The notes under the pieces are model-generated. The model was not told the DNA's origin. It did not search any database and saw nothing but the letters and a program-made list of their open reading frames with translations. From contig OZ024742.1 of NCBI GenBank assembly GCA_964016885.1, positions 74,710,001-74,774,000 on the forward strand: 64,000 nt of DNA. The letters run 5' to 3'. The stretch is from Eledone cirrhosa (Eukaryota). Shown in pieces: positions 1 through 12,831 of this stretch. The translations under genes and the position numbers were made by a program. Numbering within the stretch: position 1 is the stretch's first letter; each line of letters starts with the position of its first letter.

Positions 1-283
1 GAAATTGAACGAAGTCTGTGTTACACTGTCTTCTGTAATCAGTAAAGTAATCTATGATACATTAAAGAAAGACGATATTATATATAAACTGCATTAAGAG
101 AGAATTAGCGACGGAAATATATGCGATGTTTTTATAAGTGTTATAAATATAACCGGAAGTGTTGACTTTGAAAATTTTAAAGCAGTGAATCTTTAGATAA
201 ACAATAAAATATATTTAATCAAGAGTTACAAAATTTAGTACATAAATTATGTAATATTCGTTCATTATTTATTCAACGTAAAA

Positions 284-468
284 GGGCGGTGGATTGGCAG
301 TATCGGTAGAGGGTCGGACGCCATGCTTTCCAGCATAGTTACGTCCCTTTACGATCTGAGTTCAAATCCCGCCGAGGTTGACTTTGCCTTTCATCCTTAC
401 GGGGTCGATAAAATAAAGTACCAGTAATGCACTGGGTAATTGCTGGCCTTGTGCCTAAAGTAGAAACA
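284..468 (+). mobile_element. tRNA-derived SINE (octopod-type, family A)
   Basis: B-box-like GAGTTCAAATCCC; body GCCTTTCATCCTTACGGGGTCGATAAAATAAAGTACCAG; 18-bp target-site duplication ATTATTTATTCAACGTAA at 264-281 and 469-486; further copies in the window. Confidence 0.9.
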
Positions 469-640
469 ATTATTTATTCAACGTAATCCAAGTTATTTTA
501 CAAACGGGGTAAAAAAATATATTCTGAACGCAGTCCCGCACTCCTTTCTTTATTGTAGTTAAGATTTAAAACAAAAATATCCCAACTCCATTGGGTATTT
601 CAGGGGGTCACTCACCAAGAGAATATACACAGATATCATC

Positions 641-1623
641 TTGGAGACGGTTCGACTGTTCCTTCCCCACACGATCAAGGTAAGTGATCCTTTCTCACTC
701 ACCCGTTCCTCACCCAGCATGGCTGTACTTAGAATAGGCAGTGTAAATGTACGTGGCCTGGGGTCATCTTGGAAGCAGGTCCACCTGTTTAACGACCTCA
801 GGTCACTAAACATAGATGTGGTGGCCATCAGCGAGACCAGAATCTCCGAAGCACGAGCCTTCGCACCGATCTTCGGTGGCTAAGATGTATACGCATCTTC
901 CAGCCGTCCGGAAGCGGAGGGGGGGGGGAGCGGAGTTGCTGTGCTTATTCCGAGAAGCTTGGATCTCGCCATACGGGTCATCTTCCTGGACCAAGAACGT
1001 AAGTCGGTGGTGCTGGACGTGACTGGCAGTGAAGGCAATGCTTTCAGGCTAGTAGCCGTTTACGCCCCAACAGGGGCAAGACAGCCAGATTTCTTCAGAG
1101 GTCTAGAGACTTTTCTTGGAACGTCCCGCTCTTTAGTGTGAGTGGGTGACTGGAACGGTATCTTAGATGCACGCTGGGATTATGTGGGGCTAGTAGACAG
1201 ATGAAGAGGGTGTAAAAACCTCAACAACCTGCTCAGACATTTTGAACTTTCTGACAGGTATAGACTGGATTATCCGAATGTGCCAATGGGGACATGGGCA
1301 AACCGCATCGAGTCATCCAGATCGTATATAAATTGGATATTCTGTAGTGAAACAGACAAGGTTAGTTTAGGTTGTCCTCATTTTAAAGTAGTCGACTACA
1401 CGGGCCACAAATTTGTGATCTGTGAAGTTGACTTAGATAGACTCCATAGGCAAGGGCCCGGTTACTGGAGCTGAACGCGTTCCGGCGCGCGAAGCTTACA
1501 GAGACCGGATTAGCCAATTAGTTAAGCGTGCGTTGACGGGTGCGATCGTCAACAACATGTGGCGGTTTACCCTGAAAAGGACAATTAGAGTAGAATCGAT
1601 AAGGTTTAGCAAAGTGGTAGTGA
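641..1623 (+). mobile_element. Tx1/L1-like LINE ORF2 fragment (APE endonuclease), disrupted
   Basis: Broken frames give SVNVRGL...DVVAISET, RLVAVYAP, GDWNGILD, GPGYW; closely matches the reverse complement of about 35490-35925. Confidence 0.85.
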
Positions 1624-2399
1624 ACATTATGCTAAGAATTTAACCTACGTTCGTGCGATATTTAATGGATTCGATGAGGGAAGAATTCTTGTGGGAAAAG
1701 CGAAACGATGTGTCACATCGCCAACAATAGAATCGAATTTGACACAGAGTGTTTGATACTATTTGCCACTAAAGAATTTAATTTAAAAAATCGAAGAGTT
1801 CACAATATTCAATTGAAGAAACATTTAAGTCTCACTGGTTTGAACTTTGCCCAAGATCCCTGCAAAATAAAAAAAGTACCTGAGCTCTAGATTACAGGAA
1901 AACAATCTTGGATGAATTTGCCGAATGGAAAACTCGTCAATATCTCCCATGGAATACAGTTTCTTGTTTAACTGTCAACCTACATGAGCTAGTGTCGAGC
2001 GTGGTTTTTAAATGCTCGGTTAAATACTAACTAAAGACAGATTTTTATTTTTCTACTGAGAGCGTGGAATTTTATAATGTAAACAATTTTGATTTTGCCA
2101 TTTGATGTTGTTTTTTTAATGAATAATAAAGATCTTAAGTTAAAATTTATATCTTTCGGTCTCTATAAAGCATACAAATTTTATCTAAGGTCTAAATAAG
2201 GTCTAAAATTTTATCTAAGGTCTAAATATTTTAATGTCTAAAAAATTGCCCTAATCATAAGGTATATAAGATGATTTATGCTTTAAAAGTCTCTCTTGGA
2301 AGATGCGCATCACCATAGAATTTAGGGTCTATATTGGGACACATTTTATTGGCTAGATATAGAAACCCCAGAGTTACCTCCCCGCATGCATTAACTCCC

Positions 2400-3278
2400 C
2401 TTAGCCACACACACACTTCCGGGCGGTATTCAATGGCGTCTCTCGAAACGTAACAACCTCCTGTATCGAACTAAAGAACACCAGACTACGATCTCTAACT
2501 GGATTGTCGTGGATTATGTGAAGGGCATATAATCGAAATATACACTCCCCTGACCATGAAAATGCCGAAGTACATGAAATACTTGACATCCCTGCGCTGT
2601 GCATCTCCAATACTTATAACACTTTTAATGCTTGCACTATCTTTAATGCTTATAATATTTCTCCACACACAGACTATATCAATCATATAAAGAATTTGCC
2701 ACCAGATCTACCAACCTAACACTCTTATTTACCTACCTAAGTGCCTCTACCACACATATCTCTCTGCCACACTATATAAACAAGACGCACATGCGTGCCA
2801 CACATATAACATTTGCACTATATAACCACTTATCTTCATGTTGTACTTTAATCTATATCTTTGATTTTTGATTGTACCTATTAATATAAATGTAATCTCG
2901 AAGTGTGTACTGCCACTCTAAATTCTGTAATGAATGTTGACCCACAATGTTTGAATATGTATCAATGTTTGAATATGTATTGGTATGTCTCTCGGCTGAA
3001 AAGGAGGTCATATAACTGTCCATGCATTAATAAATTGCTCCGAAGAATCCAAACCTCGGTTTGGAGGAAACAGCTGTAAGCACAATAATGTTTTGAACAG
3101 TTCTTTGATTCTTATATTTCATATAACTGTAAATCATCTGATGTTTTTACATTGAGCTACTTAACTTACTGGTAATAAGGTAGTAATACATTACTGCCTA
3201 CCACTATTTAGGGTGTGTGTAAAATACTTACAACTGCTTAAGGTTTTGTATTTACATAACCATAAATAGTATAACTAA

Positions 3279-3280
<2 letters not shown>
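2400..3280 (+). mobile_element. Decayed PLE 3' end (possible GIY-YIG remnant plus pseudo-LTR)
   Basis: Weak RTKEH-like remnant near 2467-2481, an HHR at 3036-3082, and termination in (TA)n. Boundaries approximate. Confidence 0.45.
3036..3082 (+). ncRNA. Type I hammerhead ribozyme motif (one core substitution)
   Basis: TGCT-CCGAAGA-A-TCCAAACC/GGTTTGGA-G-GAAA-CAGCTG-TA-AGCA: stems I and II pair, stem III is palindromic, core reads CCGANGA instead of CUGANGA. Confidence 0.7.
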
Positions 3281-3332
<52 letters not shown>

Positions 3333-3336
<4 letters not shown>

Positions 3337-3927
3337 AATGAAGAATTAGAAATAGAAGCCAGGAATATCCGTCATCAGTGGTCTACTAGCCATCATAGGT
3401 ATTTCTTCGCATTACAGACCATATACCTCAAGCTAGGGCGATACAATAACTAAATTAAGTTATTGGGATAAAAAGAGTTGGGCGGAGAAAGAGAAACAGG
3501 TAAACAAACACGAATGGTGAGGCAACGTAAAGAGAGGAAAAAATGAGAAAATCAAGTCAATAATTGATTTTGAATATAAGAACTTGCGAGAAGGCAAAGA
3601 CACATCTTGGCTTTGCGGATGTGAGCGAGGAAACAATCTCGTACGGTGTGGGACGATGCTCGTCAATATTCGCAAGTTCTTATATTCAAAATGAATTATT
3701 GACTTGATTTTCTCATTTTTTTCCTCTCTTTACGCTGCCTCACCATTCGTGTTTGTTTACCTGTCTCTCTTTCTCCACCCAACTCTTTTTATCCCAATAA
3801 CTTAATTTAGCTATTGAATCGCCCTAGCTGGAGGTATATGGTCTGTAATGCGAAGAAATACCTATGATGGCTAGTAGACCACTGATGACGGATATTCCTA
3901 ACTTCTATTTCTAATTCTTCATTTATT
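3333..3927. repeat. Fold-back inverted repeat (about 257-bp arms, 80-bp spacer), pseudo-LTR-like
   Basis: 3333-3589 is the near-exact reverse complement of 3670-3927; flanked by TA tracts; each arm carries the permuted HHR-like motif. Confidence 0.9.
3824..3889 (+). ncRNA. Candidate non-circularly permuted hammerhead (mirror copy 3371-3436, - strand)
   Basis: AGGTA-TA / GAAA-TACCT (stem III), TGGTCT / AGACCA-CTGATGA (stem I), outer helix CTAGC/GCTAG; stem II not formed in this copy. Confidence 0.55.
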
Positions 3928-3970
3928 ATATATATCATAATTGCCAGAACACAGCTCGCCATTTTTCATT

Positions 3971-4109
<139 letters not shown>

Positions 4110-4416
4110 GCAGAGGTTATATTTAATTTGTTGGAATTCAACAAGCTTAACAATTTTTATAACTGATATAAAGCACTCAACAGTTTAGTGGAGTAAATAT
4201 ATTTACATCTATTTTGTCTCTCTCCCCTTTTACATCTATTTTCTTCCAACAGTTTAATTTAAATAAACCGTTGTTTTTTCAATTTTTCTGACACTCATTT
4301 GCATACTCACTGACAACTTTGTATCGCCCTCAATTATCTTCACTATCCAGCGAATTTCAACCGTTGGGGTCGTCTTTTTTCCGGGTATGTCAATATTTAT
4401 TTATAAAACAAATCTG

Positions 4417-4482
4417 TATTTTATCTGATGAAAGCACACCATAATTTACCTTGGTCGCCCTTGAAATATATATAATAAAATA
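4417..4482 (+). ncRNA. Type I hammerhead ribozyme in a pseudo-LTR related to the Naiad-type PLE
   Basis: TATTTTAT-CTGATGA-AAG...CTT-GAAA-TATATA-TA-ATAAAATA: perfect 8-bp stem I, intact core; homologous to 51471, 53986 and 57598 copies. Confidence 0.85.
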
Positions 4483-5187
4483 ATTATGGTTTTATAAATA
4501 TAGTTTCCATTTATTAATATATTGTATATATATATATATAGTTACAATTTGTTTACAAACCGAAGGATTTAAGAGTTGATAATCCACTCATGTGGTATAC
4601 TAGAGAAGGTATTCTGATAGTTCAACCACATTACAGTCAAGGTCTTAGCTGTTATTAACGGTGTTTTCTTTCATATATGTATAAACACTACAACACATAA
4701 AACATTAAAAACAAAATATAGCGTTGGGTTTGTGTATCTGCACAAAACTACGCTCCAAAAACATCTGTCCCATATTAACGTGTCCGTACGTATTGGTTAT
4801 TTTGTATGCTTTTATGTGTTATGTGCGCATTTATGTATATGTAAGTGAGTATTTAAATAAATCAGTTTTCTTTGTGGAGATACCAAAACCTGTTACTATT
4901 AAAATGATATTATAGAAATGATTAACTCTTTTATTCATTTTTTAAAACTAGGCCAACGGAAATTTTTTTATATACACTGATGTCAAGAGCAGAATATTTT
5001 GCTCGTTCTTAGTATTAGGGTAACCGGATTGCTTGTCTGTTTGTTCAACTGTTGTTTTTTTTTGTTGTTTTTTTTAAATAAATGGCTGTCTCTATATTTT
5101 CTTTCTTTCTTCCTTACTTTCTTTCTCGAGAAATCTTAGTTTAGCTTGTGTGGTAAATAGTTTACTATGGTTTTAAATTATCTAATA

Positions 5188-6174
5188 CTAGCTGAATTAC
5201 TTGGTGTTGCCCGGGTTACTGCTGTTCTTATTCAGATTAGTGAACAATAAATATGAAGATATGTTTTTTTTCTCATAATTATTTCAAAATATCTATATTT
5301 TATTTTTAAAATATCAAAATTGTAATGATAATAGAGTTTAGAAATGAAAATCTGTTAATCTTGAAGCACCTTAGGGTAAACAATATTCATTGTGTAATTT
5401 TTTGTTGGTGTCCAAATGAAAATATTGTTGCTACACACTCACATACATACACTCTCACATACACTCATATACATATACTAAGACATGCATTCACGCAGAC
5501 ACACGCATAGCTTTTCACCTCATTTTTTGTCAGTCGCTACATATGTATATGTACGTTAACTCAGTGTCAATTCTGTCATATATATTCTTAATAATTACGG
5601 ACTAGGACAATGGGATTGATGAGTTACTATCTGTATACAACAACTACAACGGTACGCGATGGGGCCCACCCACAGCCCCGGCGGACAGAATGGAGAAGGC
5701 GTTTCCCCGGAAGACGGCAAGAGAGACGCACTGGAAAAGCCACTCCAACTCGCGGGGCTCACACCTGTGGCTGGCCAGCTCAGCGCCTATGGTGGTGAGT
5801 AGTGTAGATGTGTGTGTGTATTTAATAATGTACCTAATGAACGCACACACGCACACACATATTCATATACAAAACGTGACGTCATTGTGTTGTTTTCTAT
5901 TGTTTTAATCCAAATAAAAATAAAAATTATCACACATACGCTCACACACACATACACCCACACACACATACACTCTCACATATACTCACACACACATACA
6001 CTCTCACATACACCCACACACTCTCACATACACTCACATACATATACTAAGACAGCACACAATGATATACATAGTCTAATACTAATACCTTGTAAAATTT
6101 GATTTAATTTGGTCGAACCGTTTCAGAATGCATAGAAACAGACAGAGAGACAAAGAATTTTATATAGAGAGAGA
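5188..6174 (-). mobile_element. Non-autonomous Helitron
   Basis: Minus strand starts TC and ends with a subterminal hairpin plus CTAG; inserted between A and T; the paralogous empty site CTAATA|TTTATT is at about 23174. Confidence 0.9.
5640..5802 (-). mobile_element. 3' fragment of the CRE-like retrotransposon nested in the Helitron
   Basis: Closely matches 32335-32490 (LLTTIGAELAS.RCEPRELEWLFQ..SLAV.RGNAFSILS). Confidence 0.85.
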
Positions 6175-6903
6175 TTTATTAAATAAAGGAGCTCATTTCC
6201 GAATGTACTTAGGTTTTATTTTGTAGTGGGTACTTATACGATTTGGATATGGGACGATCGCGTTCTTGTATAGTTTTATTTCCCTTCTATCATATAAATA
6301 GGCGCCGTATTGGCAGCGGTTAGAATGCATGTGAGTGTATGTGAGAGTGTATGTATGTAAGTGTGTAGCAACAATTTATTCATTTGGACACCAACAAAAA
6401 TTACACAATGAATATTGTTTACCCTAAGGTGCTCCAAGATTAACAGATTTTCATTTCTAAACTCTATTATCATTACAATTTTGATATTCTAAAAATAAAA
6501 TATAGATATTTTGAAATAATTATGAGAAAAATACATATCTTCATATTTATTGTTTACTAATCTAAATAAGAACAGCAGTAACCCGGGCAACGCCAGGTAA
6601 TTCAGCTAGTATTAGATAATTTAAAACCATAGTAAACTATTTACCACACAAGCTAAACTAAGATTTCTCGAGAAAGAAAGTAAAGACGAAAGAAAGAAAA
6701 TATAGAGACAGCCATTTATTAAAAAAACAAACAAAAGAAAAACAACAGTTGAACAAACAGACAAGCAATCCGGTTACCCTAATACTAAGAACGAGCAAAA
6801 TATTCTGCTCTTGACATCAGTGTATATATAAATATTTCCGTTGGCCTAGTTTTAAAAAAATGAATAAAAGAGTTAATCATTTCTATAATATCATTTTAAT
6901 AAT

Positions 6904-7091
6904 TGTTTGTACTTTTTGGCACAAGGACAGTAATTATCCCAGTGTATTACTGGTACTTTATTTTATCGACCCCGTAAGGATGAAAGGCAAAGTTAACCTC
7001 GGCGGGATTTGAACTCAGTCCGTAAAGGGACGTAAGTGTGCTACAAAGCATGGCGTCCGACCCTCTACCAATACTGCCAATCCACCGCCCT
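6904..7091 (-). mobile_element. SINE family A
   Basis: Reverse complement of the 284-468 element; 16-bp TSD ATATCATTTTAATAAT at 6888-6903 and 7093-7108; absent from paralogous sites near 4900 and 22905. Confidence 0.9.
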
Positions 7092-7384
7092 CATATCATT
7101 TTAATAATAACAGGTTTTTTGTATCTCCACAAAGAAAACTGATTCATTTAAATACTCACTTACATATACATGAATACGTACATAACACATAAAAGCATAC
7201 AAAATAACCAATACGTACGAACACGTTAATATGGGACATATGTTGACATTTTGGAGCGTAGTTTTGTGCAGATACACAAACCCAACGCTATATTTTGTTT
7301 TTAATGTTTTGTGTGTGCGGATATTGGGGTGTTGGAGTGTTTATACATATATGAAAGAAAACACTGTAAAGAACCGTTAAGAAC

Positions 7385-7810
7385 TTGGCTGTAATGTGGT
7401 TGAACTATCAGAATACCTTCTCCAGTATACCACATGAGTGGATTATCAAGGTTTTACAGTTAGCCAAGTTCCTTAAAATGCTAGTAGTGGCTATCCAACA
7501 CCTGACCAAGTACTTCACTTTGCCTCTTAGAGGTGATAAAAAGCAAATTGAATCTGGTATCATAAACTACCTAAAAGCATCTTGTAGGATGCTTGTCAGT
7601 GCTGCTATTTTTTCTCTCGTTAAACCTGCTCACAAAACATTAACAATAGAAATTAATCCAGAAGTATCTCCCGCATTCATTTTGTTTTGTTTTGTTAGTT
7701 TATTTTTTGTCTGCGACCTCAAGTGGTATGGGCCAGATATCAACTATATCAAAAAGCAATTGAAACTCATTACACAACACTCCACAGACATTAGAATGGC
7801 ATTTGTTACT
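7385..7810 (+). mobile_element. Decayed non-LTR RT fragment (R4/Dong-like)
   Basis: WLNYQNTFSSIPHEWI resembles WIDYKKAFDSVPHSWI; F.CDLK.Y resembles the YxDDLKLY motif. Paralog at about 22220-22650 (-). Confidence 0.55.
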
Positions 7811-7899
7811 AGAACATGGAAACGATGTACTCTTATTCGCTCATTTATTCCTGGAAGGTTCGTGGGTGCAAAATCCTCGAGCACGCCTTCTAGCGGGTC

Positions 7900-8430
7900 C
7901 CGTCAGAAGCATCCCCTCCAATCGATCCGGTTGGATCCCCAAGCGAGACCAGCCAAGCTCATGGATGTTATCCAACTATTTCGCTCGGGATCCACCCCTG
8001 GTCTCCTGCCGGTTGGCCTTGCCCGTAAAATGTGTCCAGCGATTATTTCTTGAGACATTCTAATCACATGTCCGTAATATTGGAGCTGCGATCTCTCAGT
8101 TCGGTGAATTAGCGACACTACCTGAAGCGACTCTCTATCGAGAAACTTTTCTCCAAAGACCCGTCGGAGGAACCCCATTTCGGCCGATTGGCGTATTTGA
8201 CTTTTACACCTACCCCCCTTCTTCTGATGCTGAACCTAACGCATTACTCTACCAGCTCCTGTAATTCTTACTCTTAATTCAGACTCCTGCCTTACATCAA
8301 TCGTGAAAACGGCCTCGAGATACTTGTACACCACTCCCTGATTCAGTTGAACCCAATCCCATGTAGGGTGCACTACAGGAGAGGCTTACCAAGGAGGCTT
8401 GCAGGGGTCATCCCTCTGTAATCGGAACAG
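7900..8430 (-). mobile_element. RTE-clade LINE 3' fragment
   Basis: EMGFLRRV...ERSQLQYYGHVIRM...RPTGRRPG; paralog of 21510-22110. Confidence 0.8.
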
Positions 8431-8469
8431 TCTCTATTGTCTCACTTTTTGAAAACTGAGATTATCACT

Positions 8470-8805
8470 AAAAGGGGTAAAGACCCCCCTTCTGTCACGA
8501 ATGACTATGGAATTTGCACTTAGTGAGTTACCCTCTGAGGCAAATATCCGGACAAAGCTGTTGGTGGAAAACTATCAGTTTCCCATGCATACCAGCCTCC
8601 CCTCTCCACGCCACATAGGGAAAGGCAATGGCCGATACAGCTTTGCACCAGTGACGTTGCAACTCATTTCTACAACTGAGTAAACTGGAACAACGTGAAA
8701 TAAAGTGTTTTGCACAAGGACACAACACATCATACGGTCCGAGATTCGAACTCTCAACCTTCCGATTGCAAGCCCAATGCTCTAACCACTAAGCCATGCG
8801 CCTTC
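8470..8805 (-). mobile_element. tRNA-derived SINE (family B)
   Basis: Minus strand begins GGCGCATGGCTTAGTGGTTAGAGC (A box) ... GAGTTCGAATCTC (B box); a decayed relative lies at about 38590-38800. Confidence 0.8.
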
Positions 8806-9981
8806 AGAGATTATCGCTATTGATTGCCATTGCTTATGTCTCTTTCCAGAGATCCAAGCAACCGGGTACATTCGAGCGAGCCCGAGTATATCTTCTCTAT
8901 TCAAGGTTTTAAAAATCTCGGGTCGATTTTCATCCTTCCCAACAGCGTTGCCACATTGGAAAAACCAGATGGCCTCAAGTAATACCATGCCTTAATATAC
9001 GTTTTCCATGAAAAATGGGGACAGAGTGCAAAGCTTCGACGATTCAACTAGTCTCATAGACAATTCACAAAATTGCTAGAGGAGCCTTTACAAGTCACTA
9101 CTGACAACTGACTGAGCCATCTCGCTTACTCTCTATTTTGTCGTTTATCTTTTAATGTTTAAATTAGTTACTAGATAACTGTTGAATTATTTACAATCAA
9201 ACTCAATTCTTCTTTCTCTTTCTATTTCTCCCCACCTCTCTTTCTTCCATACACACGAGCACACACACACACACACACATTTATGGAAACATACGAAGGT
9301 ACATTGACTATGAAGGAGTGATGCTAGAGCTGTGGAATCTTGCATGCATCAATTTCAACTCTTCTTATTAATAACCGCTTTGTTTCTTTCCAAAGATTAT
9401 GTTGAAAAATAAACCTCATTTGGTCTCCTCTAAGTATTCACATTTTTGTTTTTTGTTGTGTCCCCTATCTAGACCTAGGGAAAGAGAACTTTGAACAAGT
9501 GCAAGACTTTGTGTGGCTTAAATTCTGGAAACATATCTTGGTAAGAGGATCAGTCTTTAATTAAACACAACTAAATGATTGGAATGCAAGCAGTAAATAT
9601 TGATCAACTATTTGATAAGGTTGTTATTGATAAAGCAGAAGTTTGGGCGAGTATGAAGAAAAATGGAATTCTCTTTTTATTTGTTTTGTTCATTGCAAAG
9701 ATATATACATATATACAAAATGTTAAATGTCTCAGTCATCTAGTAGGATATATTCTTTGTGTTCCGGGTACTTCTGCGCCAGTTAAAAATTTGTTATCTC
9801 TAATAAATAATTGTTTTTACTTTTTTGGCACAAGGCCAGCAATTACTCAGTACATTACTGGTACTTTATTTTATCGTCCCCGTAAGGATGAAAGGCAATG
9901 TGGTCAGATAAGAGGAGTAATGTGGTAGAACGTAGAATCAGGCTTTTCTAAAATAAACATTCTCTTATATTTATATATAAA

Positions 9982-10164
9982 GGGCGGTGGTTTGGCATTA
10001 TCGGAGAGTGTCAGACACCATGCTTTGCAGCATAGTTATGGCCCTTTGCGTTCAGAGTTCAAATCTGCCGAGGTTAACTCTGCCTTTCATTCTTACCAGG
10101 TCGATAAAATAAAGTACCAGTGATGCACTGAGGTAATCGCTGGCTTTGTGCCAAAAGTAGAAAC
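9982..10164 (+). mobile_element. SINE family A
   Basis: Homologous to 284-468; 16-bp TSD TATATTTATATATAAA at 9966-9981 and 10165-10180. A partial minus copy lies at about 9808-9897. Confidence 0.9.
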
Positions 10165-10834
10165 TATATTTATATATAAATTTCTGCAATTCTGTCACAA
10201 CATGTAAAGAGAGAAGAGTAGTTTGACTACCTCATACTACTCCTCTCCCTTTACGCATGCTCTCTGCGTGGATGTATGTGTGTGTAAAAAGAAGGAGGGT
10301 GGTGGTGAGAAATCTATAGCAAAATATCGGCTGGCGTTCCATTTGTTATGCTGTGTATGTGTGTATGTGTTTGTGCGAATGTATGTCTGAGTGTGTATTT
10401 TTGTAAGTTTGTTTGTGTTTATATTTTGATACTCATAAATATAAATGCATGCATATGCACATACACACACGCACACACATATACACATACGCGTGATCGT
10501 GTTGAAACAATTCCTAATAAAAGACAAATAGTACGTCATACCTGATAACAGTAGTAAGAAACTCTCAGGAGAGCTGGACGGTAAAAGATTTTAAGAGAAG
10601 AAATCCGCCTCAAGCAAGCGTTTCGGCCCTCAACTTCACACACGTATCACTTGTGTATTTGCTAGTATCTGTTTTCATAAAAGAAGAGAGGTAAATTCAT
10701 AGAAAAGCAGCCGGTGGGGTTCGGTGAGGGATTGTCTATTTTCCTAGATTTTTTCTTTTTTTAAACTAATCTGATCTTCAACCCACTTGCATATTTGTTC
10801 GGCTATCTCTCTACATCAGTTTGCCGAACACTCA

Positions 10835-10899
<65 letters not shown>

Positions 10900-11137
10900 A
10901 AATAAAATAACAAGGACGATTCGCGGATTACAGAGTCGGGTCAGATCGATACAGATCGAACCTTGAGCTGATCAGTGGCGAAACGCGCGTCACCAACCAA
11001 TACCAATCGTCCTTGTTATGTTATTTTATTTCACTATAATACATTCTGTCTAGCTCTACACCTCGACACCGAAGTGAACCTAAACATCGAGTGCTCACAC
11101 GGGTGAAACTAGAGTAACGCCAATTTACACTCCCTGG

Positions 11138-11139
<2 letters not shown>
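10900..11139 (+). mobile_element. Truncated PLE pseudo-LTR with 3' half of an HHR and a short 5' inversion
   Basis: GAAAC-GCGC-GTC at 10980-10991; 10900-10920 is an inverted copy of about 11006-11031; TA tracts on both sides. Confidence 0.65.
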
Positions 11140-11233
<94 letters not shown>

Positions 11234-11405
11234 CTGTGTTTGTGTGTGTGTGCATGTATGCATGTATGTATGTATGTACATATGTATGTATGTATCTCTC
11301 TCTCTATATATATATATGCATATATATAGAGTTGTATGGTTGCAAGAAAATTGTGTCCGTAGGCGGTATGCCGGTTGAGCACTCGATGCTCGCGCAGAGC
11401 AGAGT

Positions 11406-11741
11406 ATAAGGAACAAGGATTCAGTGTTGCATCATAACATATTTAATAACATATTACATATGTTTCACTATCGATCAGCTCGAGACAAGAGCTATTAGAG
11501 ATCGAACCTGACTCTTTAATCGAAAGATCATCATATGTGCTTGCTATATGAACTCGTCTTAGATTAGTTAAAAACACATAGAATCGGAGATGAGTTCATA
11601 TAGCAAGCATATCTGACGATCTTTCGATTAAAGAGTCATTTTCGATCTATAATAGGTCTTGACTCGAGCTGATCGATAGTGAAACATATGTGATATGTTA
11701 TTAAATATGTTATGATGCAACACTGAATCTTTGTTCCTTAT
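11406..11741. repeat. Fold-back inverted repeat (154-bp arms), one HHR per arm
   Basis: 11406-11559 vs 11588-11741 are reverse complements; HHRs at 11450-11539 (-) and 11608-11697 (+). Confidence 0.9.
11608..11697 (+). ncRNA. Type I hammerhead with extended stem II
   Basis: CATAT-CTGACGA...GAAAC-ATAT-GTG-ATATG. This copy has GUG at the cleavage site; the mirror copy has GUA but core AUGAUGA, so the consensus is canonical. Confidence 0.75.
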
Positions 11742-11752
11742 CCTTATAGTGT

Positions 11753-11800
<48 letters not shown>

Positions 11801-11803
<3 letters not shown>

Positions 11804-12831
11804 GAGCGGAACAAGCAAACATTAAACAATCTTTTAAATATATTTAAAATACGATTTAAATATTCACCTGTTCTAGTGCTGTGACCGACGGTTTCGCTTA
11901 TCAAAAGATTGGAAATTCAGAGAATTTCCAATGGAAAGAATCACCTCTTCAGATAGCTATTTCCACACCACAGGGCACAAAGCCTTGTGGTTAGTAAATA
12001 TATCACTTTCTGCCCGATGCATGAGGTCAAGCCATTAAAGTGACCCACACATAAATAAGCCGTAAGAAAAAGCGGGAATTATAGAGTTGTTGAAATTTCA
12101 TGTTACAAAAATAGCAGCACGATACATTTTTTTCTCTACATAGAAGGAGACTACATATAAATGATATAAATATCCCAGTAGGTACTAAGTACCCACAGAA
12201 AAATACATGGTGTCTATAACAGTTGTTGTTCAATGGTACTAATTTGAGATACCAGAACTATAAAAATGAGCGGAACAAGCAAACATTAAACAATCTTTTA
12301 AATAAATAAAAATACGATTTAAATATTCACCTGTTCTAGTGCTGTCACCGACGGTTTCGCTTATCAAAAGATTGGAAATTCAGAGAATTCTCAATGGAAA
12401 GAATCAGCTCTTCAGATAGCTATTTCCACACCACAGGGCACAAAGCCTTGTGGTTAGTAAATATATCGCTTTCTGCCCGATGCATGAAGTCAGGCCGTTA
12501 AAGTAACCCTGTAAGAAAAAGCGGGAATTATAGACTTGTTGAAATTTCATGTTACTAAAAATAGCAGCACGATACAACATTTTTTTCTCTACATAGAAGG
12601 AGAATACATATCAATGATATGAATATTCCAGTAGGTACTAAGTACCCACGGAAATATACATGGTGTCTATAACAGTTGTTGTTCAATGGTACTAATTTGA
12701 GATACCAGAACTATAAAAATGAGCGCTCATTTATAGTTTTGGTATCTCAAATTAGTACCATTGAACAACAACTGTTATAGACACCATGTATATTTCCGTG
12801 GGGACTTAGTATCTACTGGAATATTTATATC

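Larger units (their letters stand above)
4576..7449. repeat. Inverted local duplication (4576-5469 vs 6329-7449), paralogous to 21412-23318
   Basis: Arms read as reverse complements; the right arm continues to about 8523 as an inverted copy of 21412-22585. Confidence 0.9.

Noticed and set aside
284-372. tRNA gene (also at 8740-8805)
   Set aside because: Pol III boxes are SINE heads continuing into SINE bodies; no complete cloverleaf seen.
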